A stretch of DNA of 34,463 bases from the NCBI GenBank assembly GCA_948472605.1, contig CAOKUH010000001.1:1-34463 (forward strand), in the 5' to 3' direction. The stretch is from an uncultured Mycoplasmatota bacterium (lineage in GTDB: Bacteria; Bacillota_I; Bacilli_A; RF39; UBA660). The notes beneath the pieces are model-generated. The model saw only the letters and a program-made list of their open reading frames with translations, was not told where the DNA came from and did not search any database. Numbering within the stretch: position 1 is the first letter of the stretch; each line of letters begins with the position of its first letter. This document shows positions 20,349 to 28,497 of the stretch, piece after piece. Made by a program: the position numbers and the translations under genes.

Positions 20349-21781
20349 ATGTTGCCCACCTTTTCTTTAATTTGATTTTTTTTTGCCAATAATTTACTTC
20401 GCTTTGTATCATTAATATATTTAACTTTAAATAAAGTCTTTTTAATATAAGTAAAATCAAAAGGTACAATAGGGTAGTAATAAGGTTTTCCTGCTGATTT
20501 TATACTTGTTATATGTATTAAAAAGTAAATGCTTGCAATTGCTATTCCATATAATCCATACATCGCTGCTAGTATTAAAAATAAAAATCTAAAATAACGA
20601 ATAGCATTAATAACTTCTAATTCCGTAAATATAAGACTAGTTATAAAAGTAAAGGCAATTATAATAATCATAATTGGACTTACAATACCTGCTGATACTG
20701 CTGCTTCTCCTAATACTAAGGCTCCTAATATGGATATAGCACTTCCATAACTAGAAGGAAATCTTAAATCACTTTCTCGTAATATTTCACAAACAATAAC
20801 CATAACAATAGCCTCAATAATAGTTGGAAAAGGAACCCCATCATTTTGAGCTGCAAAGTTAACTAATAAACTTGTTGGTATTGTTTCCATATTATAATTA
20901 ACCAAGGCTATATAAAAACCTGGAATAATCATTGTAAAGAAAAAACTTAAAAAACGTAAAATTTTTAAAAAATTAACATTAATATTACGATTATAATTAT
21001 CAACTACAGGATTTATAAAATCTGCAAAAAAGGAAGGTAATATTAAAACAAATGGGCTAGTATCAACCATTATACAAACTTTTCCCTCTAATAAAGCTGT
21101 TGCAATAACATCTGGTCTTTCACTTTGAGAAATAGTTGGAAAAGGCGTATTTTGGTCTTCTGATAAAATATTAGCAATATTTCCAGCATCTATTATGCCA
21201 TCAACATCAATTTTATTTAACTTATTCTTTATATTATTTACAATATCGATATCTGTGATATCATCAAAGTATAAAATTTGAACTTTAGTATTTGTTTTAC
21301 GCCCCATATTTAAATCATCACTTTTTAAATGACTTGATTTAATTCTTCTTTTTAAAAGTCCTAAATTAATTTGAATATTTTCAGTAAAGGCATCACTTGG
21401 CCCATAGATTGATTTTTGGACTTCAGGTACACTTACACTTCTATTAATATCCGCCTTTGTTTCAAAGCCTAAAATTTCTGCATTAGTTAAAACAATTGTA
21501 AAACCATTAGTCAAATAAAACTCTATTTGATCAAGTTTGGTAATTTTAACTGTATTAGGACCAGGTATAATACTTTCAATATTATATTTTTTAACATTTT
21601 TTAAATTATTAATAAAAGTTAATTGTTTTAATATATAATCATTTACTTTATCACTACCTGTAACACTTTCTAAATATATAACATAAATATTTCCAAAATG
21701 TTTTGTTTCAATTTTTTTGACAATAAAATCAGTATTCTTTTCAAATTCTTTTTCTAAACGTTTTAAAATTTTTTCTTGCAT
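20345..21781 (-). CDS. Spore germination protein, GerA/GerKA (A subunit) family
   Basis: Family pattern (ERPDVIATALLEGKVCIMVDTSPFVLILPSFFADF) plus C-terminal TM helices. Confidence 0.9.
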   Translation of the reverse strand: MQEKILKRLEKEFEKNTDFIVKKIETKHFGNIYVIYLESVTGSDKVNDYILKQLTFINNLKNVKKYNIESIIPGPNTVKITKLDQIEFYLTNGFTIVLTNAEILGFETKADINRSVSVPEVQKSIYGPSDAFTENIQINLGLLKRRIKSSHLKSDDLNMGRKTNTKVQILYFDDITDIDIVNNIKNKLNKIDVDGIIDAGNIANILSEDQNTPFPTISQSERPDVIATALLEGKVCIMVDTSPFVLILPSFFADFINPVVDNYNRNINVNFLKILRFLSFFFTMIIPGFYIALVNYNMETIPTSLLVNFAAQNDGVPFPTIIEAIVMVIVCEILRESDLRFPSSYGSAISILGALVLGEAAVSAGIVSPIMIIIIAFTFITSLIFTELEVINAIRYFRFLFLILAAMYGLYGIAIASIYFLIHITSIKSAGKPYYYPIVPFDFTYIKKTLFKVKYINDTKRSKLLAKKNQIKEKVGNI

Positions 21782-21796
21782 TTACCTCACCATTTT

Positions 21797-21825
21797 TAGT
21801 ATTACCTAAAAAATAATTGGTATAC
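21797..21825 (-). promoter_or_regulatory. Forespore sigma-F/sigma-G-like promoter for the ger operon
   Basis: Minus strand GTATA-N14-GGTAATACTA resembles the GYATA...GGnnAnAHTR consensus. Ger receptor operons are classically forespore-expressed. Confidence 0.4.
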
Positions 21826-21845
21826 CTAAATTTCTATTGTATAAT
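21817..21845 (+). promoter_or_regulatory. Sigma-A promoter TTGGTA-N17-TATAAT (TG-extended) for rlmD
   Basis: TTGGTA at 21817-21822, spacer ends TTG, TATAAT at 21840-21845. Confidence 0.5.
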
Positions 21846-21862
21846 AATGTTGGTGTTTAAAG

Positions 21863-23062
21863 ATGGAAGATATAAAAATTGAAAAGTTAGATAATTTTGG
21901 TAGAGGAATATGTTACTTTAATAATAAAATAACATTTATTAAAAATGCTCTTCCTGATGAAATAATATCTTATAAAATTATTAAAGAAAATAAAAAATAC
22001 AATTTAGCAGAAGTAACTGAATATAAAAAATATTCAGAAAAAAGAACTAAACCATTTTGTCCCTATTATTTAAAATGTGGAGGATGTAATTTAGAACATC
22101 TTGATTATAAAAGTACATTGGAATTTAAATTAAATAAAGTAAAACAAATTTTAGATAAAGAAAAAATTATATATGATAATATTGAAATAGTTTCAAATGA
22201 AGTACCTAAAAATTATCGAAATAAGTTATCTTTAAAAGTAAAAGATTATCTAATTGGTTTTTATGAAGAGGGTACGCATAATATAATTGAAGTAAAAAAT
22301 TGTAGTATCGCTTATAATTCTATAAATGAAGTTTTAAAAAGAATAAAATATTTAAATATAAAAAATGGTAATGTAACTATACGAAGTAATTATAATGATG
22401 AAATATTATTGATAATTGATACTAATGATAAAATAAAATTTAATATTGCTCTTTTTAGCAACTTAAAAATAGTAGGAGTAATAGTTAACAAAAAAGTCAT
22501 TTATGGGCAAAACTTTTTTTATGAAAGCATTAATGGATATTTATTTAAAGTTAGTTTTGATGCATTTTTTCAAGTTAATCAATTTATAACTTCTAAATTA
22601 TTTAATATTATAGAAGAAAACATTGATGAATCTAATACAATACTTGATTTATATTCTGGGGTAGGAACGCTTGGAATAGTAGCAAGTAAAAAAGCTAAAA
22701 AAGTTTATAGTATTGAAATTGTAAAAAATGCTGTCTTAGATAATATTACAAATAAAAAATTAAACAAAAAAGATAATATTTATCCTATCTTGGGAGATGC
22801 CAAAAAAGTTATAACGAAAATAAAAGATAAGTTTGATACCATCTTAATAGATCCACCAAGAAAGGGATTGGATAGTTTATCCAAAAATTTAATTCTTAAT
22901 AATGATGTATCTAAAATTATTTATATTTCCTGTGATTTAATGACTCTTGTTAGAGATTTAAAAGAATTAACTAAGAAGTATAAAATAATTAAATATTATG
23001 TATTAGATATGTTTAGTTATACTTATCACGTTGAATGTGTATGCGTGATGACGAGGCGATAA
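21863..23062 (+). CDS. rlmD: 23S rRNA (uracil-C5)-methyltransferase RlmD/RumA family
   Basis: TRAM-like N-terminus, Fe-S cysteines (CPYYLKCGGCNLEH), SAM motif DLYSGVGTLG, DPPRKG, and the C-terminal ISCD...DMFSYTYHVECVCV typical of RumA. Confidence 0.9.
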   Translation: MEDIKIEKLDNFGRGICYFNNKITFIKNALPDEIISYKIIKENKKYNLAEVTEYKKYSEKRTKPFCPYYLKCGGCNLEHLDYKSTLEFKLNKVKQILDKEKIIYDNIEIVSNEVPKNYRNKLSLKVKDYLIGFYEEGTHNIIEVKNCSIAYNSINEVLKRIKYLNIKNGNVTIRSNYNDEILLIIDTNDKIKFNIALFSNLKIVGVIVNKKVIYGQNFFYESINGYLFKVSFDAFFQVNQFITSKLFNIIEENIDESNTILDLYSGVGTLGIVASKKAKKVYSIEIVKNAVLDNITNKKLNKKDNIYPILGDAKKVITKIKDKFDTILIDPPRKGLDSLSKNLILNNDVSKIIYISCDLMTLVRDLKELTKKYKIIKYYVLDMFSYTYHVECVCVMTRR

Positions 23063-23234
23063 ATCCTTTATAAATAAAGGAAAAATCAACTATTCAGTAG
23101 GGGTCAAAAAATGGTAAAAAACGAGTGAATTATTGATATTTTTACTAATTTTTGAAAAAAATACTATAGAGGTTGTCTGTGGAGAATATGTTTCATCATA
23201 CCACCCTAACTGGTATGTGCCTGAATAGTTGAAG
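23027..23234 (+). repeat. Module R1: last 36 nt of rlmD plus a ~170-nt conserved arm (first of three direct copies)
   Basis: Starts at CACGTTGAATGTGTATG. Aligns along its whole length with 24261-24467 and, more loosely, with 26421-26588. Confidence 0.9.
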
Positions 23235-23271
23235 TAAATAAAATATGTAAATAATGAGGTGAATAAAAATT

Positions 23272-24156
23272 ATGAATAATGATTTTAAAGTTGCAATTTT
23301 ACAATTAGATACAATTAACGATTCTGATAAGTCTTTGATTAAAGGAATAAAAGCATGTAAAAAAGCAAAAAAATTAGGCGCAGATATTGCTGTTTTTCCA
23401 GAAATGTGGAATATTGGTTATGAAATGCCAACTAACGAAAATCAAATAAATAAATGGATGTCAAAGGCAATAGCTGAAAATGAGAGTTATCTTTTATCTT
23501 TTAAAAATTTAGCATTAGAACTTAACATGGCTATTGGTATAACTTTCCTTGAGAGAACTGATGACTTACCAAAAAATTCTATTATTATATTTGATAGATT
23601 TGGAAATAAGATTCTAAAATATTCTAAAGTTCATACAGTAGATTTTAAAATGGAAAAGTTTACAAAGCCTGGTACTGAGTTTAATGTTAGCGAATTAGAT
23701 TATGAGAGAGGAAAAGTGAATATTGGAACAATGATATGTTTTGATAGAGATTTTCCAGAAAGTGCAAGAATTTTGATGCTAAAAGGTGCAGAAATTATAT
23801 TCGTTCCCAATGCGTGTTTTATGTCAAAAATACGTTTAGAGCAATTAAAGGTTAGGGCATATGAAAATATGGTGGGAATAGTTACAGTCAATTATTCTAC
23901 CAACGGTGGGAAGTCATCAGCATTTAGTCCAATTGTAAGAGATCAAAATAAGAATGAATTAGAAAGTAAACTTTTGATAATGGATGAAAAAGAAGATATT
24001 AAGATAATTAAATTTAATTTAGATGAAATAAGAAGTTATAGAAATAGAGAAACTTTGGGTGATGCTTATAGAAAGCCTTTATTGTATAGCTATATAAGTG
24101 AGGAACATATAAAAGAACCTTTTATAAGAAAGGATTCACGAAGAAACTTTAAATAG
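23272..24156 (+). CDS. Carbon-nitrogen hydrolase (nitrilase superfamily) protein
   Basis: Glu-Lys-Cys triad context: VFPEMWN, YSKVH, GTMICFDRDFPE. GAGGTG SD. Confidence 0.85.
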   Translation: MNNDFKVAILQLDTINDSDKSLIKGIKACKKAKKLGADIAVFPEMWNIGYEMPTNENQINKWMSKAIAENESYLLSFKNLALELNMAIGITFLERTDDLPKNSIIIFDRFGNKILKYSKVHTVDFKMEKFTKPGTEFNVSELDYERGKVNIGTMICFDRDFPESARILMLKGAEIIFVPNACFMSKIRLEQLKVRAYENMVGIVTVNYSTNGGKSSAFSPIVRDQNKNELESKLLIMDEKEDIKIIKFNLDEIRSYRNRETLGDAYRKPLLYSYISEEHIKEPFIRKDSRRNFK

Positions 24157-24260
24157 GATATATTCATAATTAACATTATACATATCTATTATGTATATTA
24201 TGACATAGTCAGTTATAACCAAACATATAAATTCTAACTCTTCATAATATACATTCTAGT

Positions 24261-24467
24261 CACGTTGAATGTGTATGTGTGTTAAATAGGCGATAAACCC
24301 TTATAAATAAAGGGAAAATCAACTATTCAGTAGGGGTCAAAAAAATGGTAAAAAAACGATAAAAAAATGATATTTTTACTAATTTTTGAAAAAAATATTG
24401 TGGAGGTTGTCTGTGGAGAATATGTTTAGTTATACTACCCTAACTGGTATGTGTTGACTAGTTGAAT
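24261..24467 (+). repeat. Module R2 (second copy of the rlmD 3' end plus arm)
   Basis: CACGTTGAATGTGTATGTGTGTTAAATAGGCGATAA encodes HVECVCVLNRR*. The arm is near-identical to R1. Confidence 0.9.
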
Positions 24468-24490
24468 TTATAATATAGGAGTAGATTATA

Positions 24491-25345
24491 ATGATAATTG
24501 ATAAAGGAATAATAGATGAAGCATTAAATTTTTATAATATAGATTTACAATATAAAGATAAATGTTATAATTGCATAGAAGAAATAAATAAAAAAGAGGA
24601 ATTAAATTTGGCTTTTCTAAATTTATATGAAAAATTATACATTGAAGAATTTACAAAAATAAAAGAATTATGGCATTATAGAGATGTAGATGATTTATTT
24701 GCACATAATACTAATTCTTTTGTTACTAATATAATGATTTTAATAGGTTATCATTATCATCAAGAAAATATGCAAAAACATAATTTTAATGATTTTCAAA
24801 TTAATATTCATAAAAAAAGAGTTAAGGAATGTTTTGAATATGACTTAAAAGTAAGAAAAAGAGATGGAGTTAGAGTATCACAAATGCTATGGGCTATTTA
24901 TTTTATTAGAACAAGAATCATTGAAATAGGTAGTCTACAGTTTGAATGTGATTCCGATTCAGTAATACAAATTCATATTCCTAAAAATACCGATTTAAAT
25001 ATTTTTAGTGTTAAAGAGTCGATTAAAAAAGCAACCATTGAAATGAAACAAATTTATTCAATGAATAATTTTAAGTATATATGTAATTCATGGCTATTAA
25101 GTAAACAAATATATGAAATTGCAGATAAAAATTCTAATATTTCAAAATTTTATGAATTGTTCAATGTAACTGAAGGAGAAGAATGTATTAATGATATATT
25201 AAATTTTGTATATGGAATAGACCAATGCGAAGATTATTCTTTATTACCTACAAATACTACATTACAAAGTAATATTAAAATTAAATTATTAGATGGTAGA
25301 AATTTTTACTCAGGTCTAGGTATTTTAAAAGAAAATGCTGTATAG
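24491..25345 (+). CDS. Acyltransferase-domain protein (N-acyltransferase N-terminal / GNAT-like C-terminal type)
   Basis: IGSLQFE...IHIPK and C-terminal CNSWLLS...NSNISKFYELF match my memory of this family. AGGAG SD. Confidence 0.5.
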   Translation: MIIDKGIIDEALNFYNIDLQYKDKCYNCIEEINKKEELNLAFLNLYEKLYIEEFTKIKELWHYRDVDDLFAHNTNSFVTNIMILIGYHYHQENMQKHNFNDFQINIHKKRVKECFEYDLKVRKRDGVRVSQMLWAIYFIRTRIIEIGSLQFECDSDSVIQIHIPKNTDLNIFSVKESIKKATIEMKQIYSMNNFKYICNSWLLSKQIYEIADKNSNISKFYELFNVTEGEECINDILNFVYGIDQCEDYSLLPTNTTLQSNIKIKLLDGRNFYSGLGILKENAV

Positions 25346-25370
25346 TGTTATTAGATTAGGAGGTACAATT

Positions 25371-26391
25371 TTGAAAAATGAAGTTATAGAAAATAATAAA
25401 ACAGAATTAATAATATATGAATCAAAAGATGGAAGCATCAAACCAGATGTCAATTTAGAAAATGAAACAGTTTGGTTAACTTTAGAACAAATGACAAAAT
25501 TATTCGGAAGAGATAAATCGGTAATTTCTAGGCATATAAAAAATATATTTGAAGAAGGTGAATTAGAAAAAAATGATTCAACTATTGCAAATTTTGCAAC
25601 AGTTCAAAAAGAAGGAACTAGAGTGGTTGAAAGAAATATAGATTATTATAATTTGGACGTAGTAATCAGTGTTGGTTATAGAGTTAAATCTTTAGAAGGG
25701 GTAAGATTTAGAAAATGGGCAACTGCAAGAATTAAGGAATATATTATTAAAGGATATACTATGGATGATGAACGCCTTAAAAATCTTGGTGGTGGTAAAT
25801 ATTTTTATGAACTTTTAAATCGTATTAAAGATATAAGATCAAGTGAAAAGGTTTTATATAGACAAGTTCTTGATTTATATGCTACTGATATTGATTATAA
25901 TCCTAAAGCTGAAGAAACAATAAAATTCTTTAAGATAGTCCAAAACAAGTTTCATTTCGCGGCACATGGCAATACTATAGCAGAAGTGATTTATAATCGT
26001 GCCGATTCAAATAGCCCTTTATGGGAATTACTAATTTTCAAGGAGAGTTGCCTAGTATAAGTGATATAGAAGTTCTAAAAATTATTTAACTGAAGAACTT
26101 TTGCTGCTTAATAACTTGGTTTCAGGTTATTTTGACTTTGCTGAATTTCAAGCAATGAAACATAAACCAATGAGAATGAAAGATTATATTAATCAACTAG
26201 ATAAAATACTTAATTCTTTAGATGCAAATATTTTAAATAATGCAGGCAGTATTAGTCATAAAAAAGCAAAAGAAAAAGTTAAATTAGAATATGAAAAGTA
26301 TAAGATAAAAGAGCTAAGTTCTATCGAAAAAGAATATTTAAATTCTATTAATAAAATTAATGAAATTGCTGATAAATTAAGAAAAAATTAA
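25371..26391 (+). pseudogene. rhuM: RhuM-family protein gene disrupted by two 1-nt frameshifts
   Basis: The N-terminal 230 aa (LTLEQMTKLFGRDKSVISRHIKNIF...GYRVKSLEGVRFRKWA) and the C-terminal part (NNLVSGYFDFAEFQAMKHKPMRM) lie in different frames. The connecting PFMGITNFQGELPSISDIEV is in the third frame. Shifts near 26013 and 26075. AGGAGG plus TTG start at 25371. Confidence 0.7.
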
Positions 26392-26420
26392 TGATATACA
26401 ATAGACATTGTATCCAAAGT

Positions 26421-26588
26421 CACGTTGAATGTGTATGTATGTTAAACAGAAGGTAAGTTTAGTTGGAGGCAAAAAATGTTGAAAAACGAGTAAATTGTTG
26501 ACTATTTGGTAGATTAGAAAAATTATAGGGGTATGTAGAGAATATGTTTCATAATACTCTCTAACTATTATGTATTGATTAATTGAAT
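26421..26588 (+). repeat. Module R3 (third, most diverged copy of the rlmD 3' end plus arm)
   Basis: CACGTTGAATGTGTATGTATGTTAAACAGAAGGTAA encodes HVECVCMLNRR*. The arm is homologous to R1/R2 but lacks the post-stop hairpin. Confidence 0.85.
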
Positions 26589-26595
26589 TTAATAT

Positions 26596-26850
26596 GGATG
26601 CGGACCAACCTCTATTGCAAACATTTTAGTTAATTTAGGTTTTGATATTGACCTTATATATGTGACCAAAAAAATAAAATTATAAATTTTCTTTAAACAA
26701 GGATGTATGGAAATTATTCATGTAGGTCCTTCAGAAAGAAGTTAGCTAACTTTTTCTAAAAATGGAGACTATTTAGTAATTAGTGTTATAAATAATAACG
26801 ATAATTTTTATGTAATTAATTCAAATAAATTGAAAATGAACAAGTAGGAA
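26596..26850 (+). pseudogene. Possible decayed fragments of a C39-like (papain-fold) peptidase gene
   Basis: Short frames read GCGPTSIANILVNLGF, then ...EIIHVGP..., then NGDYLVISVINNNDNFYVINSN, with stops between them. This resembles the CGPTS catalytic-Cys and GHY-VV-G-D...Y-NDP regions. Weak. Confidence 0.3.
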
Positions 26851-27002
26851 AAACATTTAAATATGATTAAATTATAAAAAATATTTATGGAAGAAAAGAT
26901 TTTTTTAATTTTCTTTTTATAGAAAAAGTACATAAATAGACAGCAATATATTAATTATAATTCGATAGTTACATTGAAGAAAATAAATGAAAGGAGTAAG
27001 AA

Positions 27003-27521
27003 ATGAAGATATATATAGTAAGACATGGCGAAGTTCCTCATAATGCTTTAGGACTATATAATAATGCTGATGAAGATTTAACAAAATTAGGAATAGTACA
27101 AGCAAAGGAATTAAGAGAAAAAATTAAAAATATAAATTTTGATATTGTGATATGTTCTCCATTAAATAGAGCTAAGCATACAGCAGAAATAATAACTAAT
27201 AATAAAATTATTTATGATGATAGAATAAAGGAAAGAAATTGTGGAAGTTTAAGTGGTAAGCCTTTAGAAGTTACAAATAGAGATGAATATTGGAATTACT
27301 ATAATGATATTAGTTATGGTACATCAGAAGATATAAAAATATTTTTTAAAAGAATTTATAATTTTTTAGATGAATTAAAAGCGAAGAAATATAAAAATGT
27401 TTTAATAATAGCTCATAGTGGAGTATCTAAAGCATTTAGTGGATATTTTGAAGGAATAAAGGATGGTAAATTTTTAAATAGAGGTCTTAAAAATTGTGAG
27501 ATAAAGGAATATCAATTATAG
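27003..27521 (+). CDS. Histidine phosphatase family protein (phosphoglycerate-mutase-like)
   Basis: N-terminal IYIVRHGE motif and a second catalytic His context (IIAHSGV). Confidence 0.8.
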   Translation: MKIYIVRHGEVPHNALGLYNNADEDLTKLGIVQAKELREKIKNINFDIVICSPLNRAKHTAEIITNNKIIYDDRIKERNCGSLSGKPLEVTNRDEYWNYYNDISYGTSEDIKIFFKRIYNFLDELKAKKYKNVLIIAHSGVSKAFSGYFEGIKDGKFLNRGLKNCEIKEYQL

Positions 27522-27567
27522 TGAATTATTTCTTTTTATTGTGTATAATATACTCAGGTGAAAAATT

Positions 27568-28494
27568 ATGAAAGATTTAAAAGTAATATTTATGGGAACA
27601 CCTGATTTTTCTGTTCCTGTTTTAGAAAATTTAATAAAAAATACAAATGTGGTCTTAGTTGTAACTCAACCTGATAAATTAGTAGGAAGAAAACAAATAT
27701 TAACACCTACACCAGTAAAAAAGCTTGCTCTACAACACAATATTCCTGTTTATCAACCTAATAAAATAAGAAAAGAATATGATGTTATTTTAAATACAGA
27801 GGCTGATATAATCATTACATGTGCATATGGTCAAATAATTCCTAAAATAATCCTAGATTATCCAAGACTTGGCTGTATTAATGTTCATGCATCTTTACTT
27901 CCCAAATATAGAGGAGGAGCTCCAATTCATCATGCTTTAATTAATGGCGATAAATTAACTGGAATAACTATAATGTATATGGAAGAGGCCATGGATAGTG
28001 GTGATATAATTACCCAAGAAGAAATGATAATTAAAGATGAAGATAATGTGGGAACTTTACATGATAAATTATCTCAAATTGGAGCAAATCTTTTAATTAA
28101 AACTTTACCTAATATAATAAACCAAACTAATGAAAGAATTAAACAAGAAGAAAACTTAGTAACTTATGCTTATAATATTAAAAGAGAAGACGAACATCTT
28201 GATTTTACTAAAAAAGGCCAGGAAATACTTAATCAAATCCGGGGCTTAAATCCATGGCCATTAGCAAATTTTTTCTTAGATAATGAAGAATATAAAGTAT
28301 TAGAAGCAAGATTTGAAGCTAGAAATAATTCTCTAAAAAAATTAGAAGTTACTAAAAATAGTTTAGGTATTCCTTGTCAAGATGGTATAATTTATCTAGA
28401 AAAAATAAAACCATTTGGCAAAAAAGAAATGAGCATTTTAGATTACTTAAATGGAATAGATAAAGAAATATTAAAAAATAAAAAAGTAGGTTAG
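27568..28494 (+). CDS. fmt: Methionyl-tRNA formyltransferase
   Basis: FMGTPDFSVPVLENL, HASLLPKYRGGAPI, and a C-terminal Fmt domain. Confidence 0.92.
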   Translation: MKDLKVIFMGTPDFSVPVLENLIKNTNVVLVVTQPDKLVGRKQILTPTPVKKLALQHNIPVYQPNKIRKEYDVILNTEADIIITCAYGQIIPKIILDYPRLGCINVHASLLPKYRGGAPIHHALINGDKLTGITIMYMEEAMDSGDIITQEEMIIKDEDNVGTLHDKLSQIGANLLIKTLPNIINQTNERIKQEENLVTYAYNIKREDEHLDFTKKGQEILNQIRGLNPWPLANFFLDNEEYKVLEARFEARNNSLKKLEVTKNSLGIPCQDGIIYLEKIKPFGKKEMSILDYLNGIDKEILKNKKVG

Positions 28495-28497
28495 AAA

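Larger units (their letters stand above)
23027..24260 (+). mobile_element. Candidate att-flanked, integrase-less islet 1 (CIME-like), cargo C-N hydrolase
   Basis: Bounded by direct copies of the rlmD 3'-end core at 23027 and 24261. No recombinase within it. Confidence 0.4.
24261..26420 (+). mobile_element. Candidate att-flanked, integrase-less islet 2 (CIME-like), cargo acyltransferase-domain protein plus rhuM pseudogene
   Basis: Bounded by core copies at 24261 and 26421. The sequence left of each right-hand core is similar (ATATACATTCTAGT vs ATAGACATTGTATCCAAAGT). Confidence 0.4.

Noticed and set aside
23064-23081. Post-rlmD hairpin TCCTTTA-TAAA-TAAAGGA with one apparent compensatory change in R2 (CCCTT...AAGGG)
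   Set aside because: There is only a single covarying pair, no T tract, and the hairpin is absent from R3. That is insufficient to call a terminator or a functional RNA structure.
23133-23167. Promoter inside the module arm (TTGATA ... TACTAT) driving the cassette genes
   Set aside because: The spacing is wrong (23 nt). Alternative -35/-10 pairings are weak and not conserved between R1, R2 and R3. The claim cannot be supported from sequence alone.
23027-26588. CRISPR array, or an integron proper, as the explanation for the three repeats
   Set aside because: The repeats are about 170-210 nt rather than 25-40 nt. The intervening spacers are 1-2 kb of coding DNA. No cas genes, no intI-like integrase and no attC-type symmetric sites are visible. 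The 12-bp internal inverted repeat of R1 (23086-23097 / 23221-23232) is not conserved in R2 or R3.
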